A stretch of DNA of 64,000 nt from an uncultured virus (IMG/VR IMGVR_UViG_3300029288_000156) (lineage: Duplodnaviria > Heunggongvirae > Uroviricota > Caudoviricetes): the IMG/VR virus record IMGVR_UViG_3300029288_000156, one strand, 5' to 3'. This document shows positions 53,308-63,592 of this stretch, one piece after another. Position 1 is the first letter of the stretch. The number at the start of each line of letters is the position of its first letter. The position numbers and the translations under genes were made by a program. The notes beneath the pieces were generated by a model, which had not been told where the DNA came from, made no database searches, and worked only from the letters and a program-made list of their open reading frames with translations.

Positions 53308-56300
53308 AATTTGTTGAAAAACCTGGACAAACAGAAATCAGTTGGGACGTCTAATGTTGGATTGTTTATTTTTAAGATTTCATTAGAACAATAAGGACTA
53401 CAATAAATTGTTCCTTTTGAAGTTAAGGTCCCACCAACCCATTTTGTCGAAGTTAAACCATTTTCACCCCATGTTGTTATTGCGTCTGTAGCAGGGTTGA
53501 TTCTTAAAATTGTTGAACTGTTAGATGGTATGCCATAAATCATACCATCCGATCCCACGACACCACCAGCCCATTTTGAGGATTTTTCTAAAATAGTATG
53601 AGCACCCCATGTCAGCTCATTTGTGACTGATGATTGATTGTAATATTCGAATTTGATCCAATCAGTAGATCTCGCAGAGCTTGATACTCTAAACTCATCA
53701 ATCCATCCAATAAAATTATTATCACCTACTCCTGAGTGTCCGACATATAATGGAGTTGTACCGGAACAACCAATAGGAACAGAGATAGTGCCAGTATCTT
53801 TCAAGACACCATTTAAATAAATTGATCCGAGCGCACCAGAAGTGAGCGTTATTGCAAGATGGTACCATGTATCGTTACTAATAGTACCGGCATTCACGAC
53901 AGTCACATCGGTCATTGTGTTAGTTGTGAACCCTATTGAATCAGTATTATTATATCTCGCTACTCTATAGTGTTGATAGGGGTTTGCCCAGCTGCTTAGA
54001 TAATATGGCTTGCAGAAAATGGAAGCCCAGATCCCGGCCCACCCTACACGTCTAAACCAGCATGAAACCGTCAGAGATGTAGTAAAATTAATATTCGAGG
54101 AATCAATTGTTATCCATTGCGATCCATTTACATAAGCAGCACCATTTAGATATCCTGTAGCAGCTGTAGCACCAACATTCACTCCGTTTGTTGCATTGGC
54201 TGTTGAGTCTAAGACAGATAATTCAGTACCGTTTCCAAAATGATAAACACCTTTAAAATTAGAATCCCAAGCGCCTGTCGAATCGGTTCTACTGACGGCG
54301 AGGCGATTTCCATAATAACAATAAATGGTTGTATTTGTTGAAGAGGAGATATTAGGAACTTTAACCCAGAAAGTACCATTAGCTGCACCGCTTGTTATAG
54401 AAAATACTTCACATTCAGCAGATAGTCGATTAAAATTTTCATCTGTAAAATAGATATCATTACCGGAAGTTAGACAATGAGCACCGATATCAGTATCATT
54501 AGTGATTTTCACATATAGCGGAAATGATGCAAGGTCGCTACTAACATTTGTCTTCGAAATTGTTATTGTTTTACGATAAACAGGCTGCATAACAAATGTT
54601 GTTGTTGTATCTGTAATCGGGTCAATTTTGAGAACGGCTGTGTCATTATGTGGAATACCGTAAATCACACCGTTCGGAGCTAGAACACCTCCTACCCATT
54701 TTGCTTGTGCTGCTGCTGTATGATCTCCCCATGTAATCTCACCAGATGACATGTTATAATATTCAAATTCAATCCAATCAGCTGAGCGAATTGTGTGAGA
54801 GATACGAACCTCGTCGAGCGATCCAGCCAGCGGCCACTGCCAAGTGCCATTTAAATAAGCTCTACCCATCGCTAGAGCACTTGCTGATACACCAATAGTG
54901 CCAACTCCTTGAGCGGTTGCTGTATTGTCGAGAGCTCCGTCGACATATATATATATAATTGAACCATTACGGACAGCGGCACAATGATGCCAATTACCAT
55001 CGTTCAAATTTGTTTTTGTGCTAATTACAGAATACCACGTTGCATCATTGTTAAGACGATAACCAAAATATGTTGTGTAAGTATTGCCACTCCCAAGCAG
55101 AAAGAATTGATATCCTGTTGGTGTTGCTGAAGATTGCGTTGTAAAACGAGCTATAAGTGCTTGATGTGCTGTTCCTGTCTGAGTTGATTTAAACCAGCAT
55201 TCTATTGTAGCATAATCAGGCAGGTTAACATCTGGATCAGATGGAACAGAGATTGAATGGGCCGTAGATCCGTCGAATAATGCACATCCATCAACTTTAC
55301 CGGCAGCCGCAGTGATGCCCGTTATTGTTCCATTATTAGTATTGATTGTAGAGTCTACAGCACTTAATGTCGTGCCGTCGCCTAAATGCCATACGCCTTT
55401 GTGGTAACTATCCCAAACGGATGAGGTGTTCGTTCTAGCGGTCGCCCCGTCATTCCCATAGCAACAATAAATAACTGTATCTGCTGTAGCAGAGAGACTT
55501 GGGACTCGAACCCAAAAAACGCCGGTTGCTACGCCGTCAATGACAGAAAATGATTCACATTCGGCATCTAAAGGATAGAAATCAGCGTCTGTAAAAACGA
55601 TATCGTTACCAGAAGCTAAACAAACAGCACCAATATCAGCATCGCCATCGATCTTTACACATAATGGAAAATTGGTAAGGATACTATCTATATGTGTATG
55701 AGAGATTGTAATCGATTTTAAATAGCTCTGCCCAACGCTACCAAATGTTGTTACTGTGTCTGTGGTTGGATCGATCTTTAATATCATTGGGTGATTATAG
55801 GGAATGCCGTATATCATGCCATCAGGAGCTAGAACACCGCCGATCCATTTACCACTACCTGCTAGGCTTCCAAATGTTGTTGTTGTATCAGTAGTTGGAT
55901 CAATTTTTAATATAGTTGTGCTGTCATATGGAATGCCGTAGATTGATCCATTTGTAGCTGCAACGCCACCGGCCCATTTGGCAGTACCATCTAAGCTACC
56001 GAATGTTGTTATTGTATCTGTTGTGGTGTCGATTTTTAATATCGTTGTACTGTTATATGGCATCCCATAGATTGCACTATTTGAGCCGAGGACACCTCCC
56101 GCCCATTTTGCTGTATCAGAAGATAAACTTCCAAGCACTATGCTTTCATCTGTGTTTGGGTTTATTTTTAAAATCGTCGCACTATCATATGGAATATTAT
56201 AAATCGCTCCGTTTGGTGCTAGAACACCACCATACCATTTATTGTCGGCTGATGTGATATTAGGAGATGCAATGCTATCGGAAACTAATCGAGAACACAT

Positions 56301-56462
56301 CAAATTGGTGTTGTATCGTATTGATAATGCTTGTTTAGTTTGTTCCCACTTATTGCTATTCGTCCCCCAAGTAGGAAAATTGCCATGATTAACGGCAGAT
56401 CCTAAAGCCGGCAATATTTCTATTCTATCAGCTTTCGATATTAACGGTTTTTGATAAGCCAT
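53304..56462 (-). CDS. beta-propeller-repeat adhesin/tail protein with two DUF2341-LamG cassettes
   Basis: W.GGVLAPNG.IYGIP...ILKIDPTTDT.TTFGS repeats interrupted twice; ends VPTDFCLSRFFNKL. Confidence 0.8.
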   Translation of the reverse strand: MAYQKPLISKADRIEILPALGSAVNHGNFPTWGTNSNKWEQTKQALSIRYNTNLMCSRLVSDSIASPNITSADNKWYGGVLAPNGAIYNIPYDSATILKINPNTDESIVLGSLSSDTAKWAGGVLGSNSAIYGMPYNSTTILKIDTTTDTITTFGSLDGTAKWAGGVAATNGSIYGIPYDSTTILKIDPTTDTTTTFGSLAGSGKWIGGVLAPDGMIYGIPYNHPMILKIDPTTDTVTTFGSVGQSYLKSITISHTHIDSILTNFPLCVKIDGDADIGAVCLASGNDIVFTDADFYPLDAECESFSVIDGVATGVFWVRVPSLSATADTVIYCCYGNDGATARTNTSSVWDSYHKGVWHLGDGTTLSAVDSTINTNNGTITGITAAAGKVDGCALFDGSTAHSISVPSDPDVNLPDYATIECWFKSTQTGTAHQALIARFTTQSSATPTGYQFFLLGSGNTYTTYFGYRLNNDATWYSVISTKTNLNDGNWHHCAAVRNGSIIYIYVDGALDNTATAQGVGTIGVSASALAMGRAYLNGTWQWPLAGSLDEVRISHTIRSADWIEFEYYNMSSGEITWGDHTAAAQAKWVGGVLAPNGVIYGIPHNDTAVLKIDPITDTTTTFVMQPVYRKTITISKTNVSSDLASFPLYVKITNDTDIGAHCLTSGNDIYFTDENFNRLSAECEVFSITSGAANGTFWVKVPNISSSTNTTIYCYYGNRLAVSRTDSTGAWDSNFKGVYHFGNGTELSVLDSTANATNGVNVGATAATGYLNGAAYVNGSQWITIDSSNINFTTSLTVSCWFRRVGWAGIWASIFCKPYYLSSWANPYQHYRVARYNNTDSIGFTTNTMTDVTVVNAGTISNDTWYHLAITLTSGALGSIYLNGVLKDTGTISVPIGCSGTTPLYVGHSGVGDNNFIGWIDEFRVSSSARSTDWIKFEYYNQSSVTNELTWGAHTILEKSSKWAGGVVGSDGMIYGIPSNSSTILRINPATDAITTWGENGLTSTKWVGGTLTSKGTIYCSPYCSNEILKINNPTLDVPTDFCLSRFFNKL

Positions 56463-56464
56463 TA

Positions 56465-57610
56465 TTAAGCCTTATTGAAATGGCGAGACAAACAAAAATC
56501 AAGCGGCACGTCATCTAGTGCAACGCCAATTTTCAACACTGTTGTAGCCGTGAATGTTATTCCGTAAATGCAACCGTTTGAAGCAAGGATCCCGCAATCC
56601 CATTTATCAGTCCCTGTTAAGCTCCCATATGTCGTGTATGAATCAGTAGTTGGATCAATTCTAAGTATTGTTGTCGTTGTTGAACCGCATGGAATGCCGT
56701 AAATACAACCATCTGCCCCGAGTACGGAGCCAATCCATTTATATAGCCCGGTATAGTTTCCTAAAGATATAACTGTATCAGTAGTTGTGTCGATCCTCAG
56801 TATGCTTGGACTATCTTGCGGGGCACAATAGATCATTTCATTTGGTGCTAAAGCACCACCGTACCATTTGTGTACCCCGGCTTCTACAGGAAGACTTCCA
56901 AATGTTGTTATTGTGTCCGTGGATGGATCGATTTTCAACACAGTCGCACTACTGCCTGGTATTCCATAAATACAACCATTAGGGGCTAATACTCCGCCTT
57001 GCCATTTATTGCTGCCTGTCAAGCTTCCAAATGTTGTTACTGTGTCTGTGGTTGGATCGATTTTCAACACAGTTGTGCTGTCATATGGAATACCGTAGAT
57101 ATAACCGTTTGGAGCCAGAACCCCACCTTCCCATTTAGCAGTGCCTGTTAAGCTTCCAAATGTTGTTGCTGTATCTGTGGTTGGATCAATCTTCAGGATT
57201 GTTGTATTGGTAAATGGCATCCCATAAATGTAACCATTCGGAGCCAAAACACCACCCTGCCAACTCCAACTAGCTGCCCCAACGCTACCAAACGTTGTTG
57301 CTGTATCTGTGGTTGGATCAATCTTTAGGATTGTTGCAATGTTGCAAGGTATACCATAAATGCAACCATTCGGTGCTAAGACGCCACCTATCCACTTACC
57401 AGCACCAGCATCAAGACTTCCAAAGGTTGTTGCGACTTTCTGAGCACTGGCACGATTTGTGCCGGCTCTCATACAAATCGCTAATTGTGTTTGTGCCCAT
57501 GCGATTTTGTTGCTTTCCCATTCAGGGAAGTCAATATGATTTAATAAATCTCCACTTGCCAAAGAACCAATCGAATTTGATTTTTGAGTTAGCGGTATTT
57601 GATATGACAT
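56465..57610 (-). CDS. beta-propeller-repeat protein (seven ~42-aa blades, no insert)
   Basis: seven W.GG/G.LA.NG.IY repeats; ends VPLDFCLSRHFNKA. Confidence 0.8.
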   Translation of the reverse strand: MSYQIPLTQKSNSIGSLASGDLLNHIDFPEWESNKIAWAQTQLAICMRAGTNRASAQKVATTFGSLDAGAGKWIGGVLAPNGCIYGIPCNIATILKIDPTTDTATTFGSVGAASWSWQGGVLAPNGYIYGMPFTNTTILKIDPTTDTATTFGSLTGTAKWEGGVLAPNGYIYGIPYDSTTVLKIDPTTDTVTTFGSLTGSNKWQGGVLAPNGCIYGIPGSSATVLKIDPSTDTITTFGSLPVEAGVHKWYGGALAPNEMIYCAPQDSPSILRIDTTTDTVISLGNYTGLYKWIGSVLGADGCIYGIPCGSTTTTILRIDPTTDSYTTYGSLTGTDKWDCGILASNGCIYGITFTATTVLKIGVALDDVPLDFCLSRHFNKA

Positions 57611-57622
57611 TTGATTTCCGTA

Positions 57623-60600
57623 TTACAACTTATTGAAATGCCTAGACAAACAGAAATCATCCGGAACATCGGCTGTTATACCACCTATCTTTAGAAAATT
57701 GGCAGCATCATGCGGAGTGCAATAGATTATACCGCTTGGGGTCAAGACGCCTCCTGCCCATTTCTTAGCGGCTGCCCCAGGACTTCCAAATGTTGTAGTT
57801 GTATCTGTGGTTGGGTCAATCTTTAGAACGATCGGAGCACTGAAAGGAACAGTGTAGATCATTCCATCAGATCCCAGAACACCACCTATCCATTTAGCCT
57901 CATCTGTATACTGATCGCTCCAAGTTAATTGACCTGTAGTGGAGACTTGATTATAATATTCGAATTTAATCCACTCTGCTGAACGTGCTATTCCAGCAAG
58001 ACGGACTTCATCTAAATAGCCGATATATTTGCCATCTGGGGACATTGCATTGCCAGCACCAAAATATACGGGTGTGGTCCCGCTACAATTGATCGGCACG
58101 GCGGTAGTGCCTGTTTTATCAACTACACCATTGATGTAAATTTTTGCTGCACCAGCAGAACTACAAGTGGCGGTAATATAATACCAAGTAGCATCGCTGA
58201 TTGCAGTTACGGTTGGCAATTCGAGCACACTTCCACCGTTATTCATCGCAAAAGAAAGATAATTGCCGTTACTATATCGCTTAACTGTCCACTGATGATA
58301 AGGCATTGACCAGGAAGCGGCATAATATGGTTTAGAAACTATCCCATCCCATCCGTTACCAGCCGTCCAGCCATTACGTTTCATCCAGAAGCTTATAGTG
58401 AAGTCAGAGTGAAGATTTATACTTGCGTCTGTTCCTAAGATGATGTAGCTAGCAGCATTGAAATATCCTGATCCACTTCCATTAAATCTTCCAGTAGTAG
58501 CGCCAACAACTCCGGTGTTTGTTCCATTATTGTTATAGCTATAAGAATCTGCCGTATTGACTACATTAGAATCACTATTTAAATGATGGACGGATTTGAA
58601 ATAGCTGCTCCATACTGATGCAGCAGTCGACGCTGTATCAACCCTGCCATTACCATAACAACAATAAATGATTGTGTTTGCAGCAGCCGCGACTGTTGGA
58701 ACTTTGACCCAGAAAGTGCCAGTAGCTGCACCGGCTGTGACCGCAAATGCATCTTTTTCTGAATATAGTTGATTGTCGTTAGAGTCTAAGAAATAGATAT
58801 CGTCGCCAGAAGCTAAACAAACAGCACCAATATCAGTATCAGCGTTTATTTGTACGCATAATGGAAAATCGGTGAGATCAGCATCAACATATGTCTCTGA
58901 AATTGTAATCTTTTTCTTGCGTAGTATGACGCCCGCCGAAGTGCTACTAAATGTTGTTGCTGTATCTGTGGTTGGATCGATTTTTAAGAATTTGCTACCT
59001 TTTGATGGAATACCATAAATCATTCCGTTCGAAGCTGCAACGCCACCAATCCACTTGGTTGAACCGGTCAGAGTTCCGAAAGTTGTTACTGCATCTGTGG
59101 TTGGATCGATTCTTAAAACTGAGGTGCTGTTGTAGGGTATTCCGTAAATATAACCATTCGAAGCCAAAACACCCCCAGCCCAATCAGCAGAACCCGCCCC
59201 AGCGCTTCCAAATGTCGTTACTGTGTCTGTAGTTGGATCGATCTTTAATATTGTAGTAGCATTATAAGGTATACTGTAAATGGCTCCATTTGCAGCAACG
59301 ACACCCCCAGCCCAATCAGCAGAGCCCGCCCCAGCGCTTCCAAATGTTGTTGCTGTATCTGTGGCTGGATCGATCTTTAATATTGTAGTAGCATTGTGTG
59401 GAATTCCGTAGATTTTTTCATTCGCAGCTAAAACGCCACCATACCACTTGCTGGCATCTGCTCCAACACTACCGAAAGTTGTTGCTATATCTGTAGTTGG
59501 ATCGATCTTTAATACCGTAGCGGAACTATAAGGTATGCTATAAATTGATCCATTTGCACTTAGAACGCCCCCAAACCACTTACTTGCATCGGCAGATAAA
59601 CCGTCAAATGTTGTTGTAGTTGGATTAAAAGAGGCTGTATTTGCTTCCGCTCTTATGTTTATAGCTTGTCTTGTCTGAGTCCAGGCCAGGCTATTTGTTT
59701 CCCATGCAGGGAAGTTTCCGTGGTTTATGATATCGGTGGCTGAGAACGATTGAATTGTGTTAGATTCTACAGCGAGTGATTTTGAAAACGTGATTACGGG
59801 TGCAGCCACAGTGTCCACTGCTGTTTGTGTTACTGATAGCGTGTTTGATGTACTAAGATTGAGATAGAGCGATTTGACTGTTATCCAACGACGGAGCCGA
59901 AAGAGTGAGTATGGATCAGAATAAACATCCGCTATTTCTTGGGTGCTCAAGCCTCTGTCCCATACTAAACAAAGAGGAAAATAACCAGCTGGATTATACC
60001 ATGTACCCGATACTGAAAAGCCACCACGACAATCAATTGCATATTGATTTTCAAACCATGGGTAAACAATTGCACTATCTGCACTAAAAGTGCCAGAACT
60101 ATGCCACCTCCCATTTTTATAAAATGAAGCAGTAGCGCCTTTTCTCGTGGTACCATACATATTAATGTTTGTGGTATCACTTGTATCAACAATCCCGTTA
60201 CCACTAGTCACAGATGGAGTTGTACTTCCATTATAATATGCTGTTGTAAGTGTCGTTCCTGATCCAGCCCGAAACAACCACATTACATAATATGGACTAT
60301 ACCAACCATTTGTATAATATGGTATAGTCCACAAAAAACTATCCGCAGAATTCCATGCTATTGCTTTATACCATATTAAAATTGTATAGTCACGAGTTGG
60401 TCGTCTTGGTGCTGCTTCACCACTTGGTTGAGATCCTGTCTGTTTTGGATATGTCCAATAAGCACCATCTGTGGATGCTGTAGAGGACGAATATAAGGCA
60501 GGCCCCATTGCAGTCTGCCCAGTAAAAGTACTACTACTTCTGAGTGTGCCATATGCACGTAATACTACATCATATCCAACGCCAGGACCAAGAAACATAG

Positions 60601-60709
60601 CCGGAGCATAACATAGACCTTTCCAGAGATCTGGGCGTTCACTTTCAGCTTCACATCTAGCAAACCCAGTTGCAAAGCTTGGTATCGATTTTTCTTGCGA
60701 TATACCCAT
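57623..60709 (-). CDS. LamG-like N-domain + propeller repeats + one DUF2341-LamG cassette
   Basis: same repeats and cassette; ends VPDDFCLSRHFNKL. Confidence 0.8.
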   Translation of the reverse strand: MGISQEKSIPSFATGFARCEAESERPDLWKGLCYAPAMFLGPGVGYDVVLRAYGTLRSSSTFTGQTAMGPALYSSSTASTDGAYWTYPKQTGSQPSGEAAPRRPTRDYTILIWYKAIAWNSADSFLWTIPYYTNGWYSPYYVMWLFRAGSGTTLTTAYYNGSTTPSVTSGNGIVDTSDTTNINMYGTTRKGATASFYKNGRWHSSGTFSADSAIVYPWFENQYAIDCRGGFSVSGTWYNPAGYFPLCLVWDRGLSTQEIADVYSDPYSLFRLRRWITVKSLYLNLSTSNTLSVTQTAVDTVAAPVITFSKSLAVESNTIQSFSATDIINHGNFPAWETNSLAWTQTRQAINIRAEANTASFNPTTTTFDGLSADASKWFGGVLSANGSIYSIPYSSATVLKIDPTTDIATTFGSVGADASKWYGGVLAANEKIYGIPHNATTILKIDPATDTATTFGSAGAGSADWAGGVVAANGAIYSIPYNATTILKIDPTTDTVTTFGSAGAGSADWAGGVLASNGYIYGIPYNSTSVLRIDPTTDAVTTFGTLTGSTKWIGGVAASNGMIYGIPSKGSKFLKIDPTTDTATTFSSTSAGVILRKKKITISETYVDADLTDFPLCVQINADTDIGAVCLASGDDIYFLDSNDNQLYSEKDAFAVTAGAATGTFWVKVPTVAAAANTIIYCCYGNGRVDTASTAASVWSSYFKSVHHLNSDSNVVNTADSYSYNNNGTNTGVVGATTGRFNGSGSGYFNAASYIILGTDASINLHSDFTISFWMKRNGWTAGNGWDGIVSKPYYAASWSMPYHQWTVKRYSNGNYLSFAMNNGGSVLELPTVTAISDATWYYITATCSSAGAAKIYINGVVDKTGTTAVPINCSGTTPVYFGAGNAMSPDGKYIGYLDEVRLAGIARSAEWIKFEYYNQVSTTGQLTWSDQYTDEAKWIGGVLGSDGMIYTVPFSAPIVLKIDPTTDTTTTFGSPGAAAKKWAGGVLTPSGIIYCTPHDAANFLKIGGITADVPDDFCLSRHFNKL

Positions 60710-60711
60710 AT

Positions 60712-61218
60712 TTAGCTTTGGATGTCATCAGAAACAGGTGTGAATGTGAAAACGTGATCTCCATTAGTCGCCGATAATGCTTTTGCTCCTGCTGCATTCC
60801 AACCAGCTATAGCGATATATCGACTCCATAGATAGACAAGCCCGCTAGAACACCACGCTTGATCCGTGGCGGTAGCAGCGCCCACAGGCCCCAAAAACGT
60901 GCAGTTATATTGTAATGTGGCTTCTGATGTTAAAGTGGCATCACCAAACGTTAGACCACCATCTGTTAAAGAAGCAGTCGCGATTGCATTAGATGTAACA
61001 ACATATAGTCTAAGGTTATCGCCAGCAGTTGGCGTTGCGACCCATTTTGTAGAACAGCGCCAACGGTATCTCATAGGAATCGCTCCACTACCACGATCCC
61101 AGACATTAGAAATTCTTGCATTCGACAAAGCAAGGCTTGTCGGTGTCCATGTTATTGTGCCACCGGTTGGTGCGAATGTTACGACCGTTCCTGCAGTGGA
61201 ATATATCAATTCGCTCAT
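60712..61218 (-). CDS. small beta-rich virion protein
   Basis: GGAG RBS; T/A-rich. Confidence 0.65.
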   Translation of the reverse strand: MSELIYSTAGTVVTFAPTGGTITWTPTSLALSNARISNVWDRGSGAIPMRYRWRCSTKWVATPTAGDNLRLYVVTSNAIATASLTDGGLTFGDATLTSEATLQYNCTFLGPVGAATATDQAWCSSGLVYLWSRYIAIAGWNAAGAKALSATNGDHVFTFTPVSDDIQS

Positions 61219-61230
61219 TTTCTTGCTCCA

Positions 61231-61773
61231 TTACGCATTGACTGTGTACAAAACCCTCACCAAAGTGCCAATAGCTACAGTTTTTGCTAACGGGAAAAGA
61301 GCTGTAGCCCAAAGAACGCTATTGTTAAAACTGTGATCGCCTTTTAGTTGCGCAGAGGGACTGCCACCAGCTATAAAAAGTCCTCGTATCGTTCCTGCAG
61401 CAGTCATATTGTACAGAGCTCTATATGTTGCGTTTGTTATGCTGCCATTGCTTGGCTCATCGGTTGTCCAAGCTGGACGAGTTGAGGCGTCATTGGTATT
61501 ATTTACATCTAAATAGGATGTGAATTCTTGCCATCCATTTCCGGCTGTTCCGATATTAGGATATGTATCTGTTGCAGCTAAAGCTGAATAATTTGTATTG
61601 TCTATTATTCCTATCCACCAAGAAGTAGTAGGTAAATAAGAATGAAAGCCAACATTGAGGAATCTATTCTCACCTTCATTTGTTGTGTCGTTATTACATG
61701 CAATGAAATCTACAAGCTTCCTGCGATAAAAGCATTCAACAGCGAATTTGCCATGTGGATCTAGAATATCCAT
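61231..61773 (-). CDS. virion structural protein (cassette-free paralogue of 51700-53307)
   Basis: GKF.VE...N..T.EG.N; WQEFTSY...TRPAW..DE.S; LWATALF. Confidence 0.7.
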   Translation of the reverse strand: MDILDPHGKFAVECFYRRKLVDFIACNNDTTNEGENRFLNVGFHSYLPTTSWWIGIIDNTNYSALAATDTYPNIGTAGNGWQEFTSYLDVNNTNDASTRPAWTTDEPSNGSITNATYRALYNMTAAGTIRGLFIAGGSPSAQLKGDHSFNNSVLWATALFPLAKTVAIGTLVRVLYTVNA

Positions 61774-61844
61774 AGCTACCTCATTTTAAATTTGATATGA
61801 AGTATAAAAGATAATATATGAGCACTTAACGCTGGCAGCAATCA

Positions 61845-63569
61845 CTACATCGACTGCCAAGTGTCGCCGTTATAAAATAGCACAGTTGTGCCATTATACC
61901 AGCAGTCACCAAATATTGGGCTACGCCCAAGCAAGATTATTAAACGTGGAAGGACATATTCTTCATAGAATGCATTTGCAGCTGTATCGGTGTCAGCTGG
62001 CAGTTTTGTGTAGTCGATACAGAGCTGAACTGTCTTCCTGACAAGACCACCAGTATTGCCATACCGGCTGATACCTTCGACAGGTATGATTCCTGTCTGT
62101 GAATCGAGGTCGATTGTATTGCCAAGTCCCTGATCTTGCTCACAGACAAACCGGTTTTCCTCGGAAGGAGGAATCGGTGTCGTCAATGTTGATGTTGAAC
62201 CAACCATTGCTCGGCATTGTCCATCCGTTGGTGTCCATCTCGGTACGCGGCTAATCGAGAAGGAGCTTAACCTAGTAGCAGTTTGTAAGAATGTTGCGGA
62301 TTGCTCTGGTAGAAGTGATTCGAAAGTATCAAAGAAAAGGTCGATGACGTCTGATGTCGAGCCCCATAGGCTGCTTAGAACTACGTGTCCTCTGCCGAAA
62401 TCCTGGAAATAAAGCTCAAAATCAGTTCCTGATTGCAATAATAGGTCGTTAATTGGTTCAATCGCCACAATATCACCAGTGACCATATTTCGCAGTAAAT
62501 CTAATCGCGCAAATTCGATAGGATCTGGCGACGGGCTTAGTCTAGTGACATTATGTGTTGCAAAGAAGAATCGTAATTGATCATTTGTCGTCCCTACTGG
62601 CTGGATTCTACTAATCCAAACAGGGAAGTATGTGCCACTTGTATCACCAGTCGGCTCGTCACCAGCAGGCGCTACGATGTTGAATTCACGGAACATCGAA
62701 GCTGGGATAGTTACAACAAACGTTCCGCTAGATGTTCTGGTGGAATCGGCACCGAATGGGTAGTTGAATGCATTTAACCAGGATGCTGCATCACTTGCGA
62801 TATTAGGAATAGCATTATTACAACTGTCCACCAACATGCCGGTTCCGTGGCTCACAGGAGTTGGAGAGTAACTATTGATCTCTGACGGTGTAGCACCTGT
62901 ATTGGCAATCTGGTAAACTGTCGGTAAAACTGCTCCGGGTGCGACGAGGTTATAGAATGCTTGAACGATAGGATCATTCTGTGGAAGGGTTCGGAAAGTA
63001 ATGAACCCATCGATCGTCGCAGATTCACTAACATCAATATTTATCGGCTCTTCCGTGCAGACGGTCAACCGCGATCGCTGATAGGTCAATTCGCTGTCTA
63101 TAGTATAATCGGCAGTGAATAGAGCGATTTCACTTGGGCTATCAGCTTTGACCGCTGTGAAGATTAGACGTAGGACGCCAGTATAAGTACCAGTTGTGCC
63201 TGGATTGACGCCACTTTCCCGCTTGATTTTCGCCAGCCGGAAATCATACCAATCCTTTGGCGTCGACATATGCAAATCCCAAATCCAGCCATTTGGTAAT
63301 TGGGCACTTGTAGTAGAATTGATTACGCTGGCTTGAATGAGGAATGGGAAGATTGCCTCATGCCCGATACTGATGCTTAGGGAATCAAGCGTCTTCGCGA
63401 GAATAAGTTGTCGGAGAGTGATATCCGCCATTGGGCGGTTCATTGCCTCGTAATATACGGGATCAGTCGGGGTGATCCAGCGGACATTCAAAGTTGAATC
63501 AGTGGTCAGTGCTTGGAAAAGATTCCCAGGTGCGACTGTTGGGACTAGACTGGGATTAATTGTGGGCAT
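61845..63569 (-). CDS. putative virion structural protein
   Basis: GGAGAG RBS; 574 aa, T/P/S-rich; NRPMADI motif. Confidence 0.65.
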   Translation of the reverse strand: MPTINPSLVPTVAPGNLFQALTTDSTLNVRWITPTDPVYYEAMNRPMADITLRQLILAKTLDSLSISIGHEAIFPFLIQASVINSTTSAQLPNGWIWDLHMSTPKDWYDFRLAKIKRESGVNPGTTGTYTGVLRLIFTAVKADSPSEIALFTADYTIDSELTYQRSRLTVCTEEPINIDVSESATIDGFITFRTLPQNDPIVQAFYNLVAPGAVLPTVYQIANTGATPSEINSYSPTPVSHGTGMLVDSCNNAIPNIASDAASWLNAFNYPFGADSTRTSSGTFVVTIPASMFREFNIVAPAGDEPTGDTSGTYFPVWISRIQPVGTTNDQLRFFFATHNVTRLSPSPDPIEFARLDLLRNMVTGDIVAIEPINDLLLQSGTDFELYFQDFGRGHVVLSSLWGSTSDVIDLFFDTFESLLPEQSATFLQTATRLSSFSISRVPRWTPTDGQCRAMVGSTSTLTTPIPPSEENRFVCEQDQGLGNTIDLDSQTGIIPVEGISRYGNTGGLVRKTVQLCIDYTKLPADTDTAANAFYEEYVLPRLIILLGRSPIFGDCWYNGTTVLFYNGDTWQSM

Positions 63570-63592
63570 ACATTCTCTCCATGTTAGGCATC

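Noticed and set aside
52023..53664. Diversity-generating retroelement TR/VR pair
   Set aside because: The copies are identical with no adenine-specific mismatches, and there is no reverse transcriptase in the window.
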